Assembly: GCA_047833645.1 (NCBI GenBank)
Contig: CP181259.1
Coordinates: 1,496,586-1,560,585 of the forward strand
DNA: 64,000 nt
Direction: 5' to 3'
Source of the DNA: Lactococcus sp.
GTDB taxonomy: Bacteria; Bacillota; Bacilli; Lactobacillales; Streptococcaceae
Position numbers and translations under genes: made by a program. This document shows, in pieces, positions 9,626 to 21,810 of the stretch. Position 1 is the first letter of the stretch, and the number at the start of each line of letters is the position of its first letter. Below the pieces are notes generated by a model. The model made no database searches and was not told the DNA's origin. It worked only from the letters and a program-made list of their open reading frames with translations.

Positions 9626-9783
9626 TTGACAAGAAAGGTAAACCAGCGTATGTCTTAGACAGACAGACAGACAGAGGCAGGATTCTGCCTTGATTTAGCG
9701 TACGCTTTTTTAGATGATAGTTAATCACCGACCCTATCTGGGGTAGACTTTTAGTCTATTCTAATAGGGGCGGTTTTTGTTTA
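9626..9783 (+). promoter_or_regulatory. Putative promoter, (AGAC)4 microsatellite and leader terminator upstream of the surface-protein gene
   Basis: TTGACA 9626, weak -10 TATGTC 9649; AGAC x4 at 9657-9672; stem ACCGACCCTAT/ATAGGGGCGGT (9727-9774) followed by TTTTTGTTT before the RBS at 9802. Confidence 0.5.
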
Positions 9784-9816
9784 CATCGAAAGATAATTTA
9801 TAGGAGGAGAATTATT

Positions 9817-12258
<2,442 letters not shown>

Positions 12259-12414
12259 TCTGACATCTGGTATCCCATATCCGGTGGTCGAGAAGTAAAG
12301 CAATAACTGCACGTGTCAAAAACTTACTGTTGCTTACGCTCTTGCAAGTGTATGAACGAATCAGCACATCGGATAGCTTTTCGTATGTGATATCATGACA
12401 GCGTGCAAAATCTA

Positions 12415-12574
12415 TCAAATGATCTCTAACGGCTCATCCAAATCATCGGCTTCGTCCAGCTCATGGTCACTGCGATGTCGCAAGTCTTTTGTAATCTTAA
12501 AGTAGCTAGGCACGAGAATAATGACACTGCCGATCCAAGCGGCAGGACTGGAAAAGAGGACGCCGATCAGGCCG
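12415..12574 (-). pseudogene. Isolated duplicate of the last 53 codons of the MATE gene
   Basis: 160 bp, 14 mismatches to 13053-13212; encodes the same C-terminus except one A>D change and a TGA rather than TAA stop. Confidence 0.92.
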
Positions 12575-12598
12575 TTTGTCAAGTTTGCGCTATATTCA

Positions 12599-12756
12599 GG
12601 TTGAGACTTTGGTCAATAGACCATTCGAGGCGCTGGTTTGACGTTTTAAAATTATAAGTAGAAAAATCGAGTTATTGATAGAAAATAGATAGAAAAAGAC
12701 AAAAAACCTAGATATGGCGCGGTTTATATTGATAGATTATAAATAGAAATGTTGCT
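12599..12756. repeat. Tandem unit 1: truncated structured motif (12599-12637) plus 120-bp repeat (12637-12756)
   Basis: GGTTGAGACT..GGTCAA.AGACCAT.CGAGGCGCTGGT shared with 12787-12825; TTTGACGTTTTAAAATT...GAAATGTTGCT shared with 12881-13000. Confidence 0.85.
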
Positions 12757-12786
12757 ATTTATTCCTAATTGTCAAATTGTTTTAAC

Positions 12787-12875
12787 GGTTGAGACTCCGG
12801 TCAACAGACCATCCGAGGCGCTGGTCAAACAGTGCCGACCTATGAGAACAGTCAGAGTCATCTGGCTGTTTTTTT
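12787..12875 (+). ncRNA. Candidate small structured RNA with intrinsic terminator
   Basis: Hairpins GTTGA/TCAAC and GGCGCT/AGTGCC, a possible GGTC/GACC pseudoknot, and terminator ACAGTCAGA/TCTGGCTGT + T-tract; no ORF. Confidence 0.35.
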
Positions 12876-12880
12876 ACTGA

Positions 12881-13000
12881 TTTGACGTTTTAAAATTATA
12901 AGTAGAAAAATCAAGTTATTGATAGAAAATAGATAGAAAAATACAAAGAATGCAGATATGACGTGGGTTTTATTGATAGATTATCAATAGAAATGTTGCT
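12881..13000. repeat. Second copy of the 120-bp AT-rich repeat (att-like)
   Basis: Near-identical to 12637-12756; contains GATAGAAAA x2 and the ATTGATA-GAT-TATCAAT palindrome. Confidence 0.85.
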
Positions 13001-13010
13001 GACGCAGACT

Positions 13011-13046
13011 AAACCCCACCCAAATTTCTGATCTGGGTGGGGTTTA
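13011..13046 (-). terminator. Bidirectional-type terminator downstream of MATE
   Basis: AAACCCCACCCA...TGGGTGGGGTTT. Confidence 0.8.
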
Positions 13047-13052
13047 TCATGA

Positions 13053-14435
13053 TTAAATGATCTCTAACGGCTCATCCAAATCATCGGCTTCAGCTAGTTC
13101 ATGGTCACTGCGATGGCGCAAATCCTTAGTAATCTTAAAATAGCTAGGAACGAGGATAATGACACTGCCGATCCATGCAGCAGGACTGGAAAAGAGGACG
13201 CCGATCAGGCCGACGGTCACGAGGCTCAGGACGGAAACCCCAGCCCGCATGACAAGTTCTGCCATCCCTGCAAGCGTCGGCACTAAACTGTTGCCATAGC
13301 CTTGAATGAAAGACCTCACGACGAAGAGGATCGCTAAAATCCAATAAAAGAGGCCATTGACCAGGTAATACTCGAAAGCGAGGTGGATGATTTTAGTCTC
13401 GCTGTGGCTGATGAAGAGGCCGGAGAAGAACTGGTCAAAGGTGATGAGAACAGCAGCAAAGACGATACCCCAGATGACGTCGATGATCACGGCGTGTTTG
13501 AGGCCGATGAGCATGCGCTTGTACTGGCGGGCGCCGAAGTTCTGCGCGGTGAAGGTCGTCACGGCGAGTCCGAGGCTGATCATGGGCAACATGGCCAGCT
13601 GATCGATCTGCCGACCAATGGCTTGCATGGCCACCACATCAGTCCCCAATTTATTGAGCACGATCTGTAAAGTCAAGCTGCCGATGGCGATGATGCTGGA
13701 CTGGAAGCCCATGGGATAACCAAGTGCGGCGTGTTTGCCGATTTCTTTTTTGTTGAACTTGAAGTGCTGTTTATGGACATGGAGCACAGGCACTTTGAGT
13801 TTGATATAGATGACCAGATAAAGCACGGAGAAGGCCTGGGCGATAATCGTCGCGATTCCGGCACCAAAGACATCGGCATGGAGGCTAAGGATGAAGACAA
13901 ACTCTAAAATGACATTGAGAATCGTCGAGATGATGAGGGCGATCAGGGGTGTCCGCGAGTCGCCAATGGCCCGCAGGACGTTGGAGAGGTAGTTAAAAAG
14001 GACGGTGAAGACCATCCCGCCAAAGATGGCTTTCAGGAAGTCGTGGGCGTCTTTAATTAGCTCTTGGGGCGTTTGCATGACTTCGAGCAAGGGGCGCGCC
14101 AGGGTATAGGCGATGATCGTCAGGACCAGCGCTGTGATCAGGGTCAGGAAAAGGCCGATGGCAAAAGATTCTTTGACCCCTTCCTCGTCATTTGCCCCGA
14201 AGCGCTGGGAGATGATGATGGAGAAACCACTGGTAATCCCGATCGCAAAGCCCATGATCAGGAAGTTCAGGGCACTCGTCGCCCCAACGGCAGCAAAAGC
14301 ATCCTTGCCGAGCGTCTGCCCGACGATAATGGCATCAATAAAGTTGTAGAAAAGCTGGAATAGGTTACCCAAAAGTAGTGGCAAAGTAAAGAGCAAAATG
14401 ACTTTGATAGGTTTTCCTTTAGTTAAATCAATCAT
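13053..14435 (-). CDS. MATE family efflux transporter
   Basis: MIDLTKGKPIKVILLFTLPLLLGNLFQLFYNFIDAIIVGQ, typical of NorM/DinF-like MATE. Start at ATG 14435; the ORF is open to 14492. Confidence 0.92.
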   Translation of the reverse strand: MIDLTKGKPIKVILLFTLPLLLGNLFQLFYNFIDAIIVGQTLGKDAFAAVGATSALNFLIMGFAIGITSGFSIIISQRFGANDEEGVKESFAIGLFLTLITALVLTIIAYTLARPLLEVMQTPQELIKDAHDFLKAIFGGMVFTVLFNYLSNVLRAIGDSRTPLIALIISTILNVILEFVFILSLHADVFGAGIATIIAQAFSVLYLVIYIKLKVPVLHVHKQHFKFNKKEIGKHAALGYPMGFQSSIIAIGSLTLQIVLNKLGTDVVAMQAIGRQIDQLAMLPMISLGLAVTTFTAQNFGARQYKRMLIGLKHAVIIDVIWGIVFAAVLITFDQFFSGLFISHSETKIIHLAFEYYLVNGLFYWILAILFVVRSFIQGYGNSLVPTLAGMAELVMRAGVSVLSLVTVGLIGVLFSSPAAWIGSVIILVPSYFKITKDLRHRSDHELAEADDLDEPLEII

Positions 14436-14560
14436 GGTAAGTTGTGCAACAAGTACGTCTGGTCCTAGTCGATAGACGCGGTGTCGTATCATCCTCTCTA
14501 TAAAGGTGGTTCATAACGGTGTTCGATTGGTCGTGTGTCGTGTTGCGAGAAGCGTAACAT

Positions 14561-14574
14561 TGAAAACGTTTTCT
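14561..14574. promoter_or_regulatory. cre-like site upstream of MATE
   Basis: TGAAAACGTTTTCT. Confidence 0.4.
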
Positions 14575-14646
14575 GTGTAATAGTTATAGTTTAACACAAA
14601 AAGACGATTTCGCAAGAAATCGTCTCATGTTATTAGCAACTAATAA

Positions 14647-14844
14647 TTATTTAGTTACGTTTACAGCTTGCAAACCGCGAGCGCCATCTTCAACGTCGTA
14701 GTTTACTGCTTGACCTTCTTCAAGTGTTTTGAAACCGTCTGTTTGGATCGCTGAGAAATGTACGAAAACGTCTTTTCCGTCTTGACCAGTGATGAAACCG
14801 AAACCTTTTTCAGCGTTAAACCATTTAACTGTACCTTGTGCCAT
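14647..14844 (-). CDS. Cold-shock protein (CspA family)
   Basis: [15 protein letters not shown] (RNP1) and DVFVHFSAI (RNP2); terminator AGACGATTTC/GAAATCGTCT at 14602-14626. Confidence 0.97.
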   Translation of the reverse strand: MAQGTVKWFNAEKGFGFITGQDGKDVFVHFSAIQTDGFKTLEEGQAVNYDVEDGARGLQAVNVTK

Positions 14845-14976
14845 TTTGAATCTCCTTCGCCCCTTGGGGGCATTTTAATTTTGTGTAATTCTGAAACTGC
14901 TTAGAAAGGATGAAACAAAATGAAACAAACTTTTTAAATCGTATACAAACTACTCCTTTATGGTATCATAAAAGAT

Positions 14977-15492
14977 ATGAAAAAGAAAGCGGAAATACGT
15001 AAAAAAATGAAATTGGCCTTAAAAACGTTTGATTTTTCTGACAAACAGCAGCAAACTCAAGCGATTATTGACCAATTTCTAGCCTCACCGATGTATCAAG
15101 ACGCGCAAACGATTGGGCTTTTTATGCCCATGCCTTTTGAATTTGATATGACAAGGCTTTTAATGGACACGACGAAACGGATCGTTATTCCTAAAACCTT
15201 GCCGCAACGACAGATGATTTTTACGGCTTATGACGAAGCTGCACTCTTTCTCACGCCTTTTGGCGTCAGAGAATCCAAGTCTGATCTTGCCATCATCCCA
15301 GATTTAATCATCGTACCTGGTCTGGCCTGGACAGCAGACGGCTATCGTGTCGGCTATGGTGGTGGCTACTATGACCGTTACTTGGCTGATTTCAAAGGAC
15401 AGACGGCTAGTTTTGTTTATGACTTTCAGCTTCTTCCTACTATAGAAAGAAACAAATTCGACATCCCAGTTGCCCACATTTTTAAGGTATAA
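14977..15492 (+). CDS. 5-formyltetrahydrofolate cyclo-ligase
   Basis: DLIIVPGLAW..DGYRVGYGGGYYDRYL motif. Confidence 0.93.
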   Translation: MKKKAEIRKKMKLALKTFDFSDKQQQTQAIIDQFLASPMYQDAQTIGLFMPMPFEFDMTRLLMDTTKRIVIPKTLPQRQMIFTAYDEAALFLTPFGVRESKSDLAIIPDLIIVPGLAWTADGYRVGYGGGYYDRYLADFKGQTASFVYDFQLLPTIERNKFDIPVAHIFKV

Positions 15493-15500
15493 TAAAACAT

Positions 15501-16184
15501 ATGACTAACTTTCAAAAAGACTTTCGCCACTATCGGGCGACCTATAGTTTAGCAGCCATCACCCTTGGGGTCTGGCTATCTCAGCTTTTTGCCAACGGCG
15601 CACAAGCAACAAATCCCATCAATCTCTTTCATTTCGGTGCCTTGTTTGGTCCGGATATCATCGAATATCCTAGCCATATTTGGCGGTTGGTTACCCCGAT
15701 TTTTGTCCACATTGGTTGGGAACATTTTTTACTTAACTTTTTGTCGCTAATTTTTATCGGTCGGCAGATTGAAGCTATTTTTGGCAGTCGGCGTTTTTTT
15801 GCCATCTATCTCTTATCAGGGATCTACGGCAATATCCTCACCTTCTTCTTAAAGCCAGAGACTTTGTCCGCTGGCGCCTCAACCTCCCTCTTTGGCATTT
15901 TTGCGGCCATGGCCATGTTAGGCTACCTCACGAAAAACCCATCCTTTCAGGCCGTCGGCAAGCAGTTTGCCGTGCTCATCCTCGCGAATTTAGCGATTAA
16001 CGTCTTCCAGCCGGACGTCGGCATTTTTGGGCACATCGGTGGGGCACTTGGGGGCGTGCTGTTGGCTGCGCCTTTTGCACCGAAAATCTTGCAGACTAAG
16101 ATTACAGAGACTCAGAAGGTTACTTTTTTCTTGGTCTACCTTGTATCAGCGGTGTTAATGGTCCTGCTCACGATTATGGGCTGA
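15501..16184 (+). CDS. Rhomboid family intramembrane serine protease
   Basis: WRLVTPIFVHIGWEH, GASTSLFG and GHIGGALGG motifs. Confidence 0.93.
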   Translation: MTNFQKDFRHYRATYSLAAITLGVWLSQLFANGAQATNPINLFHFGALFGPDIIEYPSHIWRLVTPIFVHIGWEHFLLNFLSLIFIGRQIEAIFGSRRFFAIYLLSGIYGNILTFFLKPETLSAGASTSLFGIFAAMAMLGYLTKNPSFQAVGKQFAVLILANLAINVFQPDVGIFGHIGGALGGVLLAAPFAPKILQTKITETQKVTFFLVYLVSAVLMVLLTIMG

Positions 16185-16310
16185 CCTGACCTTTACGAAA
16201 CGACCGGAAACTTGGCGACGCTAACCCAAAGTAGCGTCGTTTTTTTGAGCGATTTAGGGGCGAGCACCTCTAAAATTTACTTTGTGAATAAAGTAATTAA
16301 GAATTTGGTT

Positions 16311-16600
16311 TGTAAAACGCTTGTAAAAATAAAAATTAAATGATATTATATTGGTATAGACCAATGGAAGCGTTTACCTCTAGTGGTCGAGAGATAAGCT
16401 CTGTTTTATCGCGATTAAATAGCAATAAAACTATATGAGATTGTGTCTAATATTCTATTGGATTTAGTCTATGATATTTTGACGCATACACATAAACCTG
16501 ATATATAGGGCGTTTATGGCGGTTTTTAAAACTTCCCATAACTATATATTTTTATTTGAGTAAACGCTTGCAAATTATTATATTACGTGGTAATATAATG
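16311..16600 (+). promoter_or_regulatory. Two candidate promoters with cre sites and a palindromic operator upstream of the cellobiose PTS
   Basis: TTGTAA (16321)-17 bp-TG.TATTAT; ATTGGT-ATAG-ACCAAT at 16350-16365; TGGAAGCGTTTACC at 16365-16378; a second TAAACGCTTGCAA...TATAAT near 16560-16600. Confidence 0.55.
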
Positions 16601-16694
16601 GAGTAGGTGATTTGTATGCGATTTCAAACATCATGACAAGTTATCCACGTATTTATTTTATTGTAGGAAGTCTCATTGTTAAGAAAGGAGAAAC

Positions 16695-17009
16695 ATGGAC
16701 GATGCACAGATGGCAGTCATCATGCCCTTGATCATGTATGGAGGCGAAGCCAAATCTTCAGCTGTCGAAGCGATTCGCGCAGCTAAAGCGGGTGACTTTG
16801 AAAAAGCTGACGAACGGATTGAAGCAGCTAGCAAAGCAATCGTAGAAGCCCATCACGGTCAAACGGAATTATTGACAAAGGCTGCAAACGGTGAAGAAGT
16901 ACCGGTATCTATTTACATGGTGCACGCGCAAGATCATTTGATGACAGGGATTGCTTTCGTTGATCTCGCAAAAGAAATCATCGAATTGTACAAGGTTATT
17001 AAAAATTAA
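16695..17009 (+). CDS. PTS lactose/cellobiose family IIA
   Basis: GEAKSSAVEAI, AHHGQTELL and MVHAQDHLM motifs. Confidence 0.95.
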   Translation: MDDAQMAVIMPLIMYGGEAKSSAVEAIRAAKAGDFEKADERIEAASKAIVEAHHGQTELLTKAANGEEVPVSIYMVHAQDHLMTGIAFVDLAKEIIELYKVIKN

Positions 17010-17130
17010 AACGATCGTCTTTTGTTATGACGTTAGAATCGTGACGTTAGAATCGTTTTGATGAGGTAATTTGCTTGAGTATGGGTCTTAATCAGACCGA
17101 CACTCAATCGTAAAAAGGAAGGAATCTTTT

Positions 17131-18576
17131 ATGAATGCATTACAACAGTGGATGGAGAAACATCTCGTTCCAGTCGCAGCCAAAATTGGCTCGCAAAAAC
17201 ACTTAGTTGCGCTTCGTGATTCGTTCGTTGGGATGTTGCCAGCGACGATGGTAGGGGCAATGGCAACATTGGTATCAGTTATGATTGGTACCGTACCCGC
17301 AGCGGTTCAACAACTTATTCAGCGTAGCGCATCTGATGGCTCTTGGACACTTTCTGACAAACCAGTTTTCCAACAACTTGCTGGTATCTCAAGTCTCGTA
17401 AGCCAAGGTACATTGACAATTATCGGTCTTATTTTCGCCTTTTCATGGGGTTACAACCTTTCAAAAGCTTACAAAGTCAATGAACTCGCGGGTGGTATCG
17501 TCGGTGTTGCTGCTTTAGTTTCAGGTCTACCAAACATTATTGCGATTGCAACAAATGGTCTTTCTGAAAAAGCAATGGCAACAGTTAACGATAACATCGC
17601 AGCACAAGGTATCGCAACTTGGAAAATGGGTCTCTCAGTAGGTCAATTGGACGCGGGTGCTTACTTTACTGTTATCATCATGGGTGCGCTTGCCGTTATC
17701 CTTTATGCTAAATTAATGCTTGCTGATATCACAATCAAAATGCCTGATTCAGTGCCACCAGCAGTCTCTAAAGCTTTCTTGGCCATCATCCCAACTATCG
17801 TTGCGGTTTATGTTGTGTCAATCATTTACTACTTCATCAAAGTATGGACTGGTAGCGACTTGATCTACTTGATCAGCAAATACATCGCTGAACCTTTCCA
17901 AGCCTTGTCACAATCAATCTTCTCAGTATTGATCGTTACTTTCTTCGTTTCACTCTTCTGGTTCTTCGGTATCCATGGGACAAACGTTTTGGGCGCTGTG
18001 CTCGATGGTATCTGGGGTCCACTCCAACTTGCCAACATGGACGTTTACAACAAAGTTAAGTTGGAAGGTGTTAAAGATCTCGTTGCCAAAGGTGCAACAG
18101 ATAAAGCACACGCTATCGATGGTAACTTCGTAACCCTTTGGGTACGTGGTTCATGGGATGCCTTTGCATGGTTCGGTGGTACTGCTGGTACCATCACATT
18201 GATCATTGCTATCCTTTGGTTCTCTAAACGTGAAGACTACAAAACAGTTGCGAAACTTTCAGTTGCGCCTGGTATCTTCAACATCAATGAACCTGTTATG
18301 TTCGGTATGCCGTTAGTATTGAACTCACTCTTCTTTATTCCGTTGTTACTTGCACCAATGGTATCAGTAGGGATTGCTTACTTTGCGACTGCCATGCACT
18401 GGGTTGCACCAGTTGTCTTGCAAGTGCCATGGGTAACACCACCATTCATCAACGCTTTCATGGCGACAGGTTTTGACTGGCGTGCAATCATTGTCACAGC
18501 CGTGACATTTGCAGCATCATTCGTTATCTGGTTCCCATTTGTTATTGCAGCGAACTCAATGGAAGAAGAAGCTTAA
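17131..18576 (+). CDS. PTS cellobiose/beta-glucoside family IIC (CelB-like)
   Basis: HLVALRDSF, FWFFGIHG and PGIFNINEPVMFGMPLVLN motifs. Confidence 0.94.
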   Translation: MNALQQWMEKHLVPVAAKIGSQKHLVALRDSFVGMLPATMVGAMATLVSVMIGTVPAAVQQLIQRSASDGSWTLSDKPVFQQLAGISSLVSQGTLTIIGLIFAFSWGYNLSKAYKVNELAGGIVGVAALVSGLPNIIAIATNGLSEKAMATVNDNIAAQGIATWKMGLSVGQLDAGAYFTVIIMGALAVILYAKLMLADITIKMPDSVPPAVSKAFLAIIPTIVAVYVVSIIYYFIKVWTGSDLIYLISKYIAEPFQALSQSIFSVLIVTFFVSLFWFFGIHGTNVLGAVLDGIWGPLQLANMDVYNKVKLEGVKDLVAKGATDKAHAIDGNFVTLWVRGSWDAFAWFGGTAGTITLIIAILWFSKREDYKTVAKLSVAPGIFNINEPVMFGMPLVLNSLFFIPLLLAPMVSVGIAYFATAMHWVAPVVLQVPWVTPPFINAFMATGFDWRAIIVTAVTFAASFVIWFPFVIAANSMEEEA

Positions 18577-18688
18577 TTATTAAGTCTCACTTTGTTGAGC
18601 TTATGCTCAAAAAAGACGGCGAAAGTCGTCTTTTTTTATTAAAAGATGATAAAATAAGACTATACCAAGAAAAAGAAAGAGGTAGCAT

Positions 18689-18898
18689 ATGTTAATCGTA
18701 AATATGGCAATGAAACAGGATGACGTCATCGCAGTTTTGGAAGAAAATGGTTACAAATTTGTAGAGAAAAAAGGCATTCGTCTCTTTTTCGAAGCAGAGG
18801 GTGACTTGAACGAAAAAGCAGCAGAAGCCAAAGCCCTCATCAAAGCACAACCATGGGGAACAGCCTTATTCTTCAACGTTGAGGTAGCAAAATCATGA
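18689..18898 (+). CDS. Small hypothetical protein in the cel cluster
   Basis: 69 aa, GAGG RBS, overlaps the next ORF. Confidence 0.7.
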   Translation: MLIVNMAMKQDDVIAVLEENGYKFVEKKGIRLFFEAEGDLNEKAAEAKALIKAQPWGTALFFNVEVAKS

Positions 18899-19071
18899 TG
18901 CAAAAATGGGGATGGGCTTTTATCAGTTTAGCTTTACTGATTTTTATCTCAACACTACAAGGCAGAGGCGCATTCTTGATCGTGAGTATTTTGGTATTTG
19001 CCTTGGGACTTGGAATGGTCATTATTGGCAGTAAACAGGATAAATCAGATCAAAACGGAGAGTCTAAGTAA
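18895..19071 (+). CDS. Small two-TM membrane protein, 58 aa (not in the ORF track)
   Basis: MMQKWGWAFISLALLIFISTLQGRGAFLIVSILVFALGLGMVIIGSKQDKSDQNGESK; overlaps both neighbours (ATGA and TAATG coupling). Confidence 0.65.
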   Translation: MMQKWGWAFISLALLIFISTLQGRGAFLIVSILVFALGLGMVIIGSKQDKSDQNGESK

Positions 19072-19499
19072 TGGAAATTATCAGAACTTTAAAGGTACCG
19101 CGCCAGTTTATTTTTGATAAATTGCTGGAATCAGGTCTTTATGACATCGAGAAAAATACCGGTAAACATCCTAAAGTCTCCAGTTTGCCTGGCTTTGAAT
19201 ACAAGAAAAAATTTGGTGCCAAGCAAAATCAGGCCGGCAAAATTAAGATTGACGAAGTGACTGAACCCTCAGTCTATGCCTTCACGACGAAGACGATTAG
19301 AAATACCTTTACGACACGTTGGGAATTGCATAAGATTGATGACACGACGACGGAAGTGGTCATTTCAGAAAAACTGGAATCACACGGTTTCTTCCAAAAT
19401 CTCAATGACATGATGATGCAAATCGGGATGGGCTGGATTAAAAAACGCCAGATGAAAGCCATCTTGACGAATATTTCCGCAGCTTATAACGGCAAATGA
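19071..19499 (+). CDS. DUF3284 family protein
   Basis: Polyketide-cyclase-like pattern and typical position in cel clusters; assigned from recalled family resemblance. Confidence 0.7.
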   Translation: MEIIRTLKVPRQFIFDKLLESGLYDIEKNTGKHPKVSSLPGFEYKKKFGAKQNQAGKIKIDEVTEPSVYAFTTKTIRNTFTTRWELHKIDDTTTEVVISEKLESHGFFQNLNDMMMQIGMGWIKKRQMKAILTNISAAYNGK

Positions 19500-19561
19500 T
19501 ATAAATGTATATAGTTTTGTATATATTTTATTCTAAATAACAAGAAAAAGTCAACTATTGG

Positions 19562-21076
<1,515 letters not shown>

Positions 21077-21164
21077 ACTTTAAAAGAGTTCTGATAATCA
21101 GAGCTCTTTTTTTGTGGCTGAGACCTGACAAATTTCGCGGTTAAAAAAAATCGGCAAAAATCAA

Positions 21165-21202
21165 TGTAAACGCTTTCTTTTTTGAAAATGCTATGCTATA
21201 AT
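21165..21202 (+). promoter_or_regulatory. cre-like site plus extended -10 promoter
   Basis: TGTAAACGCTTTCT at about 21165-21178; TGCTATAAT at 21194-21202. Confidence 0.55.
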
Positions 21203-21404
21203 AAGAGTGTAGAGAAGGGGGATTAAAGTGATACCCCAGATCAGACAGCTGTCCATGGTGCAAAACCGAAGCGGACAAGACGTTCTTCTGATCTGACAGG
21301 CTTTAAGCCCCACACATTAAGCAGTTTTGAAAGAGGTGATGCCAATGACAGATGAAGATTGTTGCGCGAAAACCAAAGTGATGGACTCAGAATGACGACC
21401 TGTA

Positions 21405-21485
21405 GTAACAAAGTAACAAAGTAACAAAAGCAGTAAAGCAGTAAAGCAGTAAAGCAGTAAAGCAGTAAAGCAGTAAAGCAGTAAA
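21405..21485. repeat. Compound octanucleotide microsatellite (GTAACAAA)3-A-(GCAGTAAA)7
   Basis: Read directly: units at 21405-21428 and 21430-21485. Confidence 0.95.
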
Positions 21486-21675
21486 GCAAAATGATGATTA
21501 AGACGACGATGGCTAGTTGGGAAGGCGCTTGAAAGCGTCTCGCGTCAGATGGAGAAAGATTGACGTAAGGCTTAGTTGTCAATGTAAGGCTGTTGCACGA
21601 CTAGATTTAAAGTAAATTTAAAGCATCTGAAGTAGCACTGTCATTCATGAGTAGACTTGGTTTTAACTCTAAACA

Positions 21676-21710
21676 CCGGAAAAAGCGACCAAGGTCGCTT
21701 TTTTTGGTTG
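21676..21710 (+). terminator. Intrinsic terminator
   Basis: CCGGAAAAAGCGACC-AA-GGTCGCTTTTTTTGG. Confidence 0.7.
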
Positions 21711-21810
21711 CATCCCGCAAGCGACAGGAAAAATCTGTTTGGATCGGCCGCCCCGTAAGTTTCTAGGATCAAAATCGGTCACAGGGTCTTTTTTTTGATA
21801 TAATGAGATT

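Noticed and set aside
12599-13000. CRISPR array or tRNA fragment (GGTTGAGACTCC resembles a T-loop)
   Set aside because: Only two long units, no regular spacers, no cas genes; no cloverleaf and no canonical TTCGA T-loop
13001-13012. GACGCAGACTAA before the terminator as the displaced 3' end of a plus-strand target gene
   Set aside because: Too short, and no gene in the window ends with a matching sequence
12259-13052. Template repeat, reverse transcriptase or avd gene for the putative DGR
   Set aside because: By eye, no AAC-rich copy of the WLRS...VRPAL segment and no RT-like ORF here or elsewhere in the window, so a complete DGR is not claimed
12463-14363. Plus-strand ORFs opposite MATE and its duplicate
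   Set aside because: Antisense shadows of a GC-rich gene; the synonymous-biased divergence shows the minus frame is the selected one
21241-21582. 113-aa hydrophobic minus-strand ORF as a phase-variable membrane protein
   Set aside because: TTG start with no RBS; the hydrophobicity comes from translating the microsatellite; promoter and terminator signals point to the plus strand
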